From Candidatus Zhuqueibacterota bacterium (GTDB lineage: Bacteria > Zhuqueibacterota > Zhuqueibacteria > Residuimicrobiales > Oceaniaggregativiventaceae), in assembly GCA_014728115.1 (NCBI GenBank), contig WJME01000045.1:120775-184774 (forward strand): 64,000 nt of DNA, written 5' to 3'. The stretch's first letter is position 1; every line of letters starts with the position of its first letter. The notes beneath the pieces were generated by a model, which saw only the letters and a list, made by a program, of their open reading frames with translations, was not told the DNA's origin and made no database searches. The translations under genes and the position numbers were made by a program. Of the stretch, positions 19,305-29,200 are shown piece after piece.

Positions 19305-20204
19305 ATGAAATACAAGATCGTATTGATTATCTGGACTCTATTTATCGCCTGCAATAACTCGGAACCGCAGATCCAACCTCTGGAACTGGTGCAAGTCTAT
19401 CCTGTTGCAGGAGTCCCTTGGATAGAAACCTCTGGTTTGTGCATGGTAAATGATTCACTCTTTACCATCGGGGATAATATCGACCATACCATCTATCATA
19501 TCAAACTTGAAGACTCGATCGCCACTCTTTTTCCCAGTCGAACATTCCCACAAATCGCGGAAAAAGAACATTGGAAGCTCGACTTTGAAGGAATCACCTC
19601 TGATTCGGACGGAAATTTCTACCTGATCAGCGAAACGTTTTTAAAAATCTTAAAGGTTCCTCCTGACCCCGCCAAAGCAAAATGGATCACCACAAGTCTG
19701 GACTCCCTGGGAAAGCAGGCCGGTTTGTTTCAAAAACCCAATGCTCTGATCGAAGGCATTACCCTGATACCACCCAAGACCTTTATTTTATGTGCAGAGA
19801 GAGAACCCAGGGGACTTTTACGTATCGACTTGAGCGTGTCTCCTGCACCAATGCTGGCAATGCAAGCGCAATATTCCCATATCCCTAAAAGAGCGGGCAG
19901 AAATCTGGACTTTTCCGGGCTCTGGCATGATGGTCAAAGATTATTCATCCTGGAGCGCTTTGGCAGTGCGGTCTGTGAATTTGAATATGACAGCGGTATA
20001 TTTATCGAAAAAATGATCTGGTCCTTTGCTCATGTCGAAGACCATCCTGACTATCAATATACAGATTCACGCTATGGCCATGCTGAAGGATTATGCATGA
20101 ATTCTGAACACATTTACGTGATCGTGGATAATAACCGAGATGCACGACGGATCAATCCAGAGGACACAAGACCTCTTCTCTTTGTGTTTAAAAATCCTTA
20201 TTAA
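19305..20204 (+). CDS. Lipoprotein, possibly beta-propeller phytase-like/YjiK-like
   Basis: Signal peptide with 'FIACNNS' lipobox; no catalytic motif recognised. Confidence 0.45.
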   Translation: MKYKIVLIIWTLFIACNNSEPQIQPLELVQVYPVAGVPWIETSGLCMVNDSLFTIGDNIDHTIYHIKLEDSIATLFPSRTFPQIAEKEHWKLDFEGITSDSDGNFYLISETFLKILKVPPDPAKAKWITTSLDSLGKQAGLFQKPNALIEGITLIPPKTFILCAEREPRGLLRIDLSVSPAPMLAMQAQYSHIPKRAGRNLDFSGLWHDGQRLFILERFGSAVCEFEYDSGIFIEKMIWSFAHVEDHPDYQYTDSRYGHAEGLCMNSEHIYVIVDNNRDARRINPEDTRPLLFVFKNPY

Positions 20205-20582
20205 AAATGAATTTGTTTGTAATCTCCTCCCGCAAAAATTTCCTTCAAAATTGTATCTACAAACAATAAGCGCTACAATATTGCATGAAACATGCATCTC
20301 TGTCATGGATCGACTTGCTTGAAAATCTTTATAAAACGAGAAAATGCAGAAATCCCGCCAGCTCCCTCCATGGATATACCCTCCCTTTGGCAATGCACGA
20401 TAAAAAAATGCAGAACTGAGTTTATCCACAACCTTGCCCGCAACGAATCAGCCAAGTTTCCCACAATAATGTATGTACAACATGGTGATACAACAATAAT
20501 GTGAGAAATTTGGCTGCTTCACGGCAAACGAATAAACACTCAAGCGCAAATAAAACAAACACTTGGACCGACGCCTTCTTAA

Positions 20583-20598
20583 TGGTATATCTTTTGCT
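20583..20598 (+). promoter_or_regulatory. Candidate sigma-54 (-24/-12) promoter TGGTAT-N-TTGCT upstream of glnK
   Basis: GG(20584-85)-N10-GC(20596-97) in the context TGGTATATCTTTTGCT, about 55 nt upstream of the glnK ATG. Confidence 0.4.
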
Positions 20599-20653
20599 AA
20601 TGCAAGCGAAAACAATCCAAGCACAAGCCACGTGTCGACAAGGAGGAGATGGT

Positions 20654-20995
20654 ATGAAGCTCATCATCGCGTATATTCAGCCAGATCGGCTTAACTCGGT
20701 AAAGAAAGCTCTTTATGAGCGACAAATTTTTAAAATGTCGGTAACCAATGCCCTCGGTTGTGGTCAACAAAAAGGGTATCATGAAACCTATCGCGGTGCT
20801 GATATTGAAGTAAATCTGCTGAAAAAAATACGACTGGAAATTGCTGTAAATGAGGACTTTGTACAACCCACAATCGATGGTATCATTGCCGGCGCCAAAA
20901 CAGGATATATCGGCGATGGCAAAATCTTTGTTCAAGATCTAATAGACTGTATCAGAATCAGAACCGGAGAGACCGGCTCCGAGGCAATTGGCTAA
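20654..20995 (+). CDS. glnK: Nitrogen regulatory protein P-II
   Basis: '[10 protein letters not shown]...', T-loop region '[15 protein letters not shown]', 113 aa; AAGGAGGAG RBS at 20640-20648; the track's 164-aa ORF is an artefactual 5' extension. Confidence 0.85.
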   Translation: MKLIIAYIQPDRLNSVKKALYERQIFKMSVTNALGCGQQKGYHETYRGADIEVNLLKKIRLEIAVNEDFVQPTIDGIIAGAKTGYIGDGKIFVQDLIDCIRIRTGETGSEAIG

Positions 20996-21023
20996 ATAGA
21001 CTTTTGAAATTAGCAGGAGACCA

Positions 21024-22385
21024 ATGATGAAAAACCCTAACATACCCTCAATCCTATTCATAATCTTCATCTCTTTATTTATGATGAACAATCTACTTGC
21101 TGCTCCACAGACGGACCAAGAGGGAATGGCGTTGTCGCAAATTGCAGATGATTTACAAAACAATATCAATATCGTATGGACGAGTATCGCCGCATTCCTG
21201 GTTTTTTTCATGCAGGCCGGCTTTGCCATGGTAGAAAGCGGTTTCACGCGGGCAAAGAATACGATAAATATTATGATGAAAAACTTGATGGATTTTTCTA
21301 TCGGTACGGTTGCCTTTTTTCTTATTGGATTCGGTCTCATGTTCGGGGCCACGAACGGACTTTTTGGGACCACCCATTTCCTGGCAAAAGGTATAGATGT
21401 CATGGGTAAAGACTGGGAGTGGACTTTTTTGATTTTTCAAACTGTTTTTGCTGGTACGGCCGCAACCATTGTTTCCGGGGCCATGGCAGAACGAACAAAA
21501 TTTGTTGGATATATTGCTTACAGTGTCTTTATTTGTGGGCTCATCTATCCTATTTTTGGTTCCTGGGCCTGGGGATCACTGCTAGCAGGTGGCGGCTGGC
21601 TGGAAAACATTGGGTTCACCGACTTTGCCGGCTCCACTGTTGTACATTCTGTTGGAGGCTGGCTTGCTCTCGCAGGAGCGATAGTGCTGGGTCCTCGTTA
21701 TGGCAAATACGGACCGGATGGTCAGGCCCGTGCTATTCCGGGACATAATATCGCTATTGCGTCCCTCGGTGTATTTATTCTTTGGTTTGGCTGGTTCGGC
21801 TTTAATCCCGGCAGCACAACATTTGGCGATGGCGATATCGGACGCATTGCTGTAACAACCAATCTGGCTGCCGCCGGGGGTGCGATTACAGCCTTGTTTA
21901 CTTCCTGGGCATTGTTCAAAAAACCAGATGGCTCCATGGCACTCAATGGTGCATTGGCGGGACTGGTGGCGATCACGGCTGGCTGTGCCAACGTGTCTCC
22001 TGTCGGCGCTTTATTGATCGGACTTTTCGCCGGAATCATTGTGGTCTATAGCGTGCTTTTTATCGACAGAGTACTCAAAGTCGATGATCCTGTAGGGGCT
22101 GTATCTGTACATGGTGTCTGCGGGGCCTTTGGCACCCTTGCCGTTGGACTTTTTGCGGTTGATGGTGGGTTGTTTTACGGCGGTGGATTAGAATTACTCG
22201 GAATTCAGGCCCTTGGAGTCGGAGCCGCCTTTGTATGGGCGTTTGGATTGGGTCTTGTTCTTTTTAAAATCATCTCTGCAACGGTTGGGTTGAGAGTTTC
22301 TGAACAGGAAGAACTTCAGGGACTCGATATCAATGAACATGGCATGGAGGCTTATAGTGGTTTTCAGATTTTTACTACCCAATAG
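21024..22385 (+). CDS. amt: Ammonium transporter (Amt family)
   Basis: Signal peptide, 11 TM helices, classic Amt blocks; directly downstream of glnK. Confidence 0.9.
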   Translation: MMKNPNIPSILFIIFISLFMMNNLLAAPQTDQEGMALSQIADDLQNNINIVWTSIAAFLVFFMQAGFAMVESGFTRAKNTINIMMKNLMDFSIGTVAFFLIGFGLMFGATNGLFGTTHFLAKGIDVMGKDWEWTFLIFQTVFAGTAATIVSGAMAERTKFVGYIAYSVFICGLIYPIFGSWAWGSLLAGGGWLENIGFTDFAGSTVVHSVGGWLALAGAIVLGPRYGKYGPDGQARAIPGHNIAIASLGVFILWFGWFGFNPGSTTFGDGDIGRIAVTTNLAAAGGAITALFTSWALFKKPDGSMALNGALAGLVAITAGCANVSPVGALLIGLFAGIIVVYSVLFIDRVLKVDDPVGAVSVHGVCGAFGTLAVGLFAVDGGLFYGGGLELLGIQALGVGAAFVWAFGLGLVLFKIISATVGLRVSEQEELQGLDINEHGMEAYSGFQIFTTQ

Positions 22386-22450
22386 AGGCTGACCCCCTTT
22401 ATGGGAAACGATCTGACAACCCTGTCTATATAGCAAGCATCACCCATCGA

Positions 22451-22483
22451 AAGAGGATTGAAATTTTCAATCCTCTTTTTTTT
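22451..22483 (+). terminator. Rho-independent terminator of the glnK-amt operon
   Basis: aagaggattgaa-attt-tcaatcctctt perfect stem then T8. Confidence 0.8.
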
Positions 22484-22566
22484 GGATTTTGAATTCTCCC
22501 GAATCTTGTCTATCTTGTCAAATATCCGTGCATCTGTCAGTTCAATTTTCAACCAGAGGCATCTCC

Positions 22567-24222
22567 TTGAAGCAAAAAAATTTCCTGGCCATAATCGATG
22601 CTATCGGTCCATTTTTTAATTCTTATCACCCGGAAAAAACAGTCAATTGGTCAAAAATCGACTTTAGTCGGTTTGAGCGCAATAAAAATCTCGACCCCAA
22701 ACGCGTTGACAAGCTCTATACTTTTTTCGAGTCATTTTGTAAAACAGTGTCTCACATGGGTTATAATGCTTTATCACTCGATGATCTCGCCCACCTCTGT
22801 ATTTTTAAATTTTATCCCAGAAAACTAGAGAAAAAAATCGCAGCCTATCAAAAAATGTATGAAAAGCTCTTTGCGATTGCCCGATCCTATCATCTTGATA
22901 TTTATATAAACACCGACATTTTCTTTCTCAATGAATCGATTAAAAAACAACTCTCAAGATCGAATTCCACTGACTTGATTTACGAGGCATGCAGGCAGGG
23001 GTTGACCCATTTCAATATTTCTGGAATTATCCTTCGCATTGGTGAATCAGATGGCATCGATGTAAGGGGAGATTTTCAAAGTGAGCTATTGCTAAAGACT
23101 CCCAGGCAAACGAATCGCCTCTTGAAACAGCTATTACCGCTTTTCGAAGAGCAGCAAAAACATCTCATTTTTCGAACATGGACCGTCGGCGCCCATCCTA
23201 TCGGAGATTTGATGTGGAATGAAAAAACCTTTGATCGCACGTTTGCCAATATTGATAGCCCCTCCCTAATCATTTCCATGAAATATAGTGACACCGATTT
23301 TTTCAATCATGTGGCACTCAATCCGCTATTTTTTCATAAAAAATGGAAAAAAATAATAGAGTTGCAAACCCGGCGGGAACGGGAGGGATTTGGAGAATTT
23401 CCTTATTATGTAGGTCATCAATATGAACAGCTTGCAACGGAACTCCAGGATTGCGATTCTCTGGTCGGCATCTCGGTTTGGTGCCAAACCGGTGGATGGT
23501 CGCGCTGGCATAATATTACCTTTTTATCAAACTCTTCTATTTATAATGAGCTGAATACCTATGCAACACTGGAAATTTTTAAACATAATATAAATGCTAA
23601 AAAGGCACTCAAAACCTATATCCCTGATAAATCTCATCGAAAATTCATTCTCAAATTTACCGAATTGTTCGATCAATTGTTATATATTAAAGGATTCTCG
23701 GACAGACCCTTTTATTTTAAAAGAGTTCGAATTCCACCTCTTTTATGGGTCTACTGGGACCATATCACGATCAATCCGCTCATGATCCTTTTGTTGAGGC
23801 ATGTTTCTGCTGAGAAAAATATGGTAAAAAAGCCAGACATCAAAAATCTGAAAAAACTCGGAAAAAAAGCAGAGCTAAAACACCTCGACTATTATCTGGA
23901 TACGCTCGAATTATTAAGAGTTTGTCGTAAAGCTCTCGATCGCCAATATATGACCCAAAAGTTGTCCAAAAAGATTGCACGATATCACGTAAAATATCCA
24001 GATTCTTTTCAAACCAGATTGAATTTTAGCACGAATTCTTACAAAGGTGCACATCTTTTACTCAGACTTGCCTTAAGGTCAAGGGCGAAATACAGATGGC
24101 AGGATTACCTTCTCTTGAGTTCTTTTGTAAATCTTTTATTTCGAATTATCATTTCATTCTATAGAAAAGACATGCCTAAATTTGTGGGCAAACAAGCAAT
24201 GAAATTGGACTCTATTCTGTAA
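22567..24222 (+). CDS. Hypothetical protein (about 550 aa), possible glycoside-hydrolase-like TIM-barrel; start uncertain
   Basis: Long ORF with protein-like composition; the track's TTG 22489 abuts the terminator and lacks an RBS; candidates are TTG 22567 (weak GAGG) or the first ATG at 22756. Confidence 0.45.
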   Translation: MKQKNFLAIIDAIGPFFNSYHPEKTVNWSKIDFSRFERNKNLDPKRVDKLYTFFESFCKTVSHMGYNALSLDDLAHLCIFKFYPRKLEKKIAAYQKMYEKLFAIARSYHLDIYINTDIFFLNESIKKQLSRSNSTDLIYEACRQGLTHFNISGIILRIGESDGIDVRGDFQSELLLKTPRQTNRLLKQLLPLFEEQQKHLIFRTWTVGAHPIGDLMWNEKTFDRTFANIDSPSLIISMKYSDTDFFNHVALNPLFFHKKWKKIIELQTRREREGFGEFPYYVGHQYEQLATELQDCDSLVGISVWCQTGGWSRWHNITFLSNSSIYNELNTYATLEIFKHNINAKKALKTYIPDKSHRKFILKFTELFDQLLYIKGFSDRPFYFKRVRIPPLLWVYWDHITINPLMILLLRHVSAEKNMVKKPDIKNLKKLGKKAELKHLDYYLDTLELLRVCRKALDRQYMTQKLSKKIARYHVKYPDSFQTRLNFSTNSYKGAHLLLRLALRSRAKYRWQDYLLLSSFVNLLFRIIISFYRKDMPKFVGKQAMKLDSIL

Positions 24223-24232
24223 GGAGATTGTG

Positions 24233-24436
24233 ATGGAATGCAACAAGGAAAAAAATTTGACACGCTGTAATTGTACCTATGATCCCTGTGCCCGCAAGGG
24301 AGTATGCTGTGAATGTCTGCAGTATCACCTGCAAGCCCGGGAGCTGCCTGCATGCGTCTTTCCAGACCATGTTGAGCGAACGTACAATCGCTCATTCGAA
24401 AAATTCGCTCAATTGGTCACGAAAAACCAGATCTAG
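24233..24436 (+). CDS. Small cysteine-rich protein (CxC-x5-C-x5-CCxC), putative metal-binding
   Basis: AAGGAG RBS 7 nt upstream of ATG 24233; 8 Cys in 67 aa ('RCNCTYDPCARKGVCCECLQYH'). Confidence 0.45.
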   Translation: MECNKEKNLTRCNCTYDPCARKGVCCECLQYHLQARELPACVFPDHVERTYNRSFEKFAQLVTKNQI

Positions 24437-24440
24437 TACT

Positions 24441-25826
24441 TCACGTCCCGGGCTGAAATTGCTCAGCCCGTAAGCCATGACTCTGCATTTTTTGCTTGAA
24501 ATTTTTTCTGTCCATATCTGCCATTTGTGCAGCATGGCTTATATTACCTTTTGCCGCCACCAAAAGATCTTGAATATATGATCTTTCAAAAGCCTTTTTT
24601 GCCTCGCGAAAAGCAAGCCTGGTTACCAAATGGTCAGCATCAGGAGGTAAGGACGCTTTGTGATTCAAAACACTTTTGAATGTTATCTGTTCTTCGTCCT
24701 CCAGTATCAATGCGCGCTCAATTAACGCTTCGAGTTCACGGATATTGTATGGAAACGAATAAGAGATGAGCCTGTCCATCCCCTTTTTTGAGATCGATCG
24801 TCGTTCTTGTTTTAAACGGGCGCATGTCGTTTTCATAATGACACTTGCCAGACCGGGGATGTCTTCTTTACGCTCTCGTAACGGGGGAATCCGAATCGGA
24901 AAAATATTTAGCCGACTAAACAAATCTCTGCGAAATTGATTTTTACTGACCATTTCTTCCAAATCCCTGTTTGTCGCAGCAATGATCCGCACATCGGTCT
25001 TGAGTACTTTATCGCCACCAAGGCGCTCAAAAGTCTGATCCTGAAGAAACCTGAGCAAGTTGGGCTGCAAGTCCAATGGCAATTCGCCAATTTCATCGAT
25101 AAACAGAGTCGAACCGTTTGCCCGTTCCAACAATCCAATTCGTCGTTTAACAGCACCGCTATACGCTCCCCTCTCGGCTCCGAAAAAGTCGCTTTCGATC
25201 AGATTCGGATTCATCTGAGCAACATTTGCGACAACCATATTTCGATCAGAACGCAAGCTGTTATGATGTATCGCCTGAGCAAGTCGATTTTTACCGCTCC
25301 CAGTCTCTCCATACAATAAAACGGTTGTATCACTTTTTGCCACCCGCTTGGCGAGTTCGAGAGTTTTTTGCATCGCTGAACTTGAATTGCTCAAGGTGTC
25401 AAAATGAAATTCGTTATGATCTTTTTCTCTTTGTAAATTTTGTTCCAGTGAAAGATTGAATTTTTGCAGTGTGATTTCAATTCTGGGTTTGAGATATTCA
25501 AACGTCTCGTGCTTTTCAATAAAATCAAATGCGCCCATTTGCAATGCCCGGCTGATATATTCAGACGTTACATGAGCGGTTAAAACGATAACACAAATTT
25601 CCGGGTAATCACGATGAATAACATCCAAAACCTCATATCCATTCATCCCGGGCATCATCAGGTCCAAGAGTACCAACCGATACTCCTGATTTGCCAAAAG
25701 TTTCAGAGCATCATGCCCTGATGGTACCCCTAATGCCCGGAAACCATCATCTTTAAGATAGCGCACAATTTGCTCAAGAGTATCTTGATCATCGTCAACG
25801 ACCAAGATCTGGGGATCCTGTATCAT
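24441..25826 (-). CDS. Sigma-54-dependent response regulator (REC - AAA+ bEBP - Fis-type HTH), NtrC family
   Basis: REC 'ILVVDDD...DLMMPGMNG', Walker A '[11 protein letters not shown]', sigma-54 contact loop '[10 protein letters not shown]', C-terminal HTH. Confidence 0.85.
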   Translation of the reverse strand: MIQDPQILVVDDDQDTLEQIVRYLKDDGFRALGVPSGHDALKLLANQEYRLVLLDLMMPGMNGYEVLDVIHRDYPEICVIVLTAHVTSEYISRALQMGAFDFIEKHETFEYLKPRIEITLQKFNLSLEQNLQREKDHNEFHFDTLSNSSSAMQKTLELAKRVAKSDTTVLLYGETGSGKNRLAQAIHHNSLRSDRNMVVANVAQMNPNLIESDFFGAERGAYSGAVKRRIGLLERANGSTLFIDEIGELPLDLQPNLLRFLQDQTFERLGGDKVLKTDVRIIAATNRDLEEMVSKNQFRRDLFSRLNIFPIRIPPLRERKEDIPGLASVIMKTTCARLKQERRSISKKGMDRLISYSFPYNIRELEALIERALILEDEEQITFKSVLNHKASLPPDADHLVTRLAFREAKKAFERSYIQDLLVAAKGNISHAAQMADMDRKNFKQKMQSHGLRAEQFQPGT

Positions 25827-25835
25827 ATCGTTCCT

Positions 25836-26234
25836 TTAATCGATAACTTGTGAATTCGCAGATAACATCTTTTCCACCAGGACACTGAGCTTGGGCCAAA
25901 AAGATAAATCCATGATCAATGTCTCGTCAGCACCCAAAAAACAGGCATCCAATTCCTGGAGTGTGGCACTGGTAACAAGGATAGGAGCATGATTTATTTT
26001 TTGTAAACCAGGGATAAAATCAGATGCAGATTTTTCCCCTTGAGGTTCCTTTTTTAGATGATAGTCAATGATCACAAGATCATATTTTTGTCGAACAACC
26101 ATTTGTTCTGCTTCCGTACCGGTGAGCGCCGTGTCTACATGATAACCGTCCGAGCAAAGCCAACGAGCGATCTGCGACAACATGGCTGGTTCATCATTGA
26201 TGACCAACAACTTTTGATTTTTTTCCATAACCAC
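25836..26234 (-). CDS. Stand-alone response regulator receiver domain protein
   Basis: 132 aa, 'LLVINDEP...DLVIIDYHL'. Confidence 0.75.
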   Translation of the reverse strand: MVMEKNQKLLVINDEPAMLSQIARWLCSDGYHVDTALTGTEAEQMVVRQKYDLVIIDYHLKKEPQGEKSASDFIPGLQKINHAPILVTSATLQELDACFLGADETLIMDLSFWPKLSVLVEKMLSANSQVID

Positions 26235-26258
26235 ACCTCACACATGAAGACTTTAAAT

Positions 26259-29200
26259 TTACTCACCCTTGAATTTCATAACGATTCTGGTTCCCACTCC
26301 TAGCTCACTCATTAAGGTTATACTTCCAGAATGATCATGTTCAACAATTCTTTTACAAATAGCCAAACCCAGCCCAGAACCTGTTGTTTTTGTCGACGTA
26401 AAAGGCTTCCATACCTTGTCAATGAATTGCGGATCAATGCCCTCTCCCGAATCCCGGACAGTAATGATATGCTGAGAATCATCCATGGCCCCCTCGATGA
26501 TCAATTCTCCCCCTTTTGGCATGGAATCAAAAGCATTCATAATCAGATTAAGAAACACTCTTTTCATTCGGTTACGATCCCATTTCAGAGAATATTGCAA
26601 TGTCTCATAGTCGATTTTTAATTCAATTTTTCGTCTACGAGCCTGGCTTGTGACAAAATAAACGCTTTCCTTAATCAAATCAGCCACTCGAGTGAGCTCC
26701 AGGTTTGGAGGGGCTTGTTGGGACCGGCGGGCAAGGTCATTAGTCATCCTTTCGATGCGGTCAACGTATTTTTGCATTTTTGTCAGCGAATCCATTACTA
26801 GAGTCATATCGAGTTCGGATTTACGCTTTTTTCTAAGCAACCAGTGAATTTCTCCGGCGATCAAAGACGAGGAGGTTCGAATATCATGCGAAATCCCAGC
26901 CAAGGTTTCACCGATTACAGAGACCTCCAGAGCCTGGGTCAAATTGAATTGCGATTCTATCAAACTTGCGGACAATCGAGCGTTCTCGATAGCTGCTCCG
27001 GCCTGGCTCGCCAGACCTTTTAATATTTCCAGTTCTCGTGTTCCGAAATCATTCTCTTTAAAGCTCTCTGCATTCAACACCCCAATAAACTTGTCGTGAA
27101 AAAGAATGGGGACGCAGACAGCTGATGCAACATTCCGATGCATAGAAAAATAGTTCGGATCTTCATTTACATTGTTGCACAAATAATGGCGTTTCTCCCG
27201 AACAACCCAGCCAGACATACCCTTGTTCACGTCAATCGTCGTACCGATAAACTGGTCAGGGTTGTCTAACCCTTTGATAACCTGTAGCTTTAAAAATTGA
27301 CCACTCTCATCTATCAACTGCAAATATACAAATCGTTGATACGGATCGATAGCATTTAATGCCTCCCGAATAATGGTTTCTAATACCTGATCGAGTTCCA
27401 GGGTCGAACTTATTTCCAGACCCGCGGTATTCAACGCCTGCAAGTGTTTTAATCTGACATCGCATAATTCGCCAACTTTGGCAGCGACAGCAGCAGAGTC
27501 TGCCAGGACTTGAAGTAAACCAATATCCTGGTCACTAAATGCATTGACCCGAGTGCTTTCAATATCAATGACCCCAATCAAATCTGTTCTGAACATCAAG
27601 GGTACGGCAAGCTCTGATCGGATTTTAGGGTACAGTTCGAGATAATCCTCTTCTCCTTCCACATCGGGTATATATCGGTATTTGCCTTTACGAGCCACCC
27701 AGGTTACCAGGCTTTTTTCATTTAAACGGATTTTGAATCCCAAAAAATCCTTTGCAAAGGCTTCGCCAGAGGCAGCCCTGATTTCAAGCATGTGTTTGTT
27801 TTCATCCTTGAGCAAAACAAATGAGGCCTTGTTACCTTGCCCGACAACATTGAGGGCAGCTTTGGAAATCATGTCCAAAATTTCCTGCAGACTCATGTCT
27901 CTGCCCAAGGCCTCACCGATCTCCTTTAGGGTGATCACTTGTCGGGTTTTTTCTTCTGCCAATTCATACAAGTACATGTTATGAAGCGCCATGGCAGCCT
28001 GCTCGGCAAGAATCAATATCCAGGATTTCTGTTGGGAAGACAAATCCAGATTTCCTGGTAACCCAATATTCAGAGCCCCCAAAACTTGTCCCATTGCAAC
28101 GAGAGGAATTCCTAACTCGACATTCACGCCTTGCCAAGACGGTATTAAATCGTCTTTTGAGACCAAATGATTAACGGTTGTCATTTGTTTTCGTTGCATG
28201 GTCAGTCCAGCACAACAATTTTCGCTCTCCGGATCAGTCAATACCAGATCCGTATTATAGTCATCCGGAAACCGAAACGCCCACATTTGCTTACCCACGG
28301 GTCGGTAGGTAAGAAATATATATTGTGAAGTTGAGATATCCGACACTGTATTGACAATTTGATCGAAAATAAAATCCAATCCTGTTAGATTTGTCACTTT
28401 TCTCGATAAATTTATGATTGCTTCCAGATCAACATAGGTCTTTTGCACATGTTCATAATGCAAAACATTTTGAATGGTAACAGCCGCATGAGATGCAAAA
28501 ATCGTGAGTATAGACTGCTGAATAGCGGATAAAGTAGACAAGTCGGGCCAATAGATATTTAAAACACCAATGACTTGTCCCATTACCTTCAAGGGTAAGC
28601 TTGACAGTGCAGAGACCTCATTTGCTCGATCTGGATTCAGGATAGCGATCTCTTTTGCGAACGAATCCCAGTGCATCGCTGTTAGAAACCGACTCGCCCC
28701 GATTTTTGCGACCCAGCCGGACAATCCATCACCCACTTTTTGTATATAACCTAAAGTAGCTTTTGGGCTTAACCCTTCAAAAGCTGCCATTCTCAATACT
28801 TGCTTTTCTTTATCCAGAACAAGGATATGACATGCAACTATAGGGCTAAAGATTTGCTGAATAGCATCAATAATAGCACGATAAACACTTTGTGGATCTG
28901 TTTGTTGTGTGATGAGGGCGGTACGATCACCTAACCGTCCCACAAGTGAATCAATCATTTTTCGCTTTTGCAGGGCCTGTTCATAACACGTTTTACTGAG
29001 CTCATATTCTTTGAATCGGTAAAAGATCTCGGCTCGCTTTTCAAAAGAAAAATTGTTTTGCAAAATAGCGGCGTAAATAGAGTTCCTCATTTTCCACTTT
29101 TGGTTACTTTGTTCCAGTAAACCAAGAAAGTACAGACGATTCCAATGAACATCATCGGGAGGTTTTTGCACGGTATGGTGATCCATTATTTGCGCGAGTC

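Noticed and set aside
20501-20995. 164-aa ORF in the track spanning the glnK region
   Set aside because: The N-terminal 51 codons have no P-II homology and no RBS. ATG 20654 has an AAGGAGGAG RBS and gives the canonical 113-aa P-II.
22489-22566. TTG start at 22489 for the 577-aa ORF
   Set aside because: It begins 6 nt after the U-tract of the amt terminator and has no RBS. A later start is more plausible, though still uncertain.
24449-24470. Hairpin cgggctga-aattgc-tcagcccg as a terminator for the small Cys-rich gene
   Set aside because: It lies inside the last 10 codons of the convergent sigma-54 activator gene and is not followed by a U-run on either strand. It may act, but the evidence is too weak to call.
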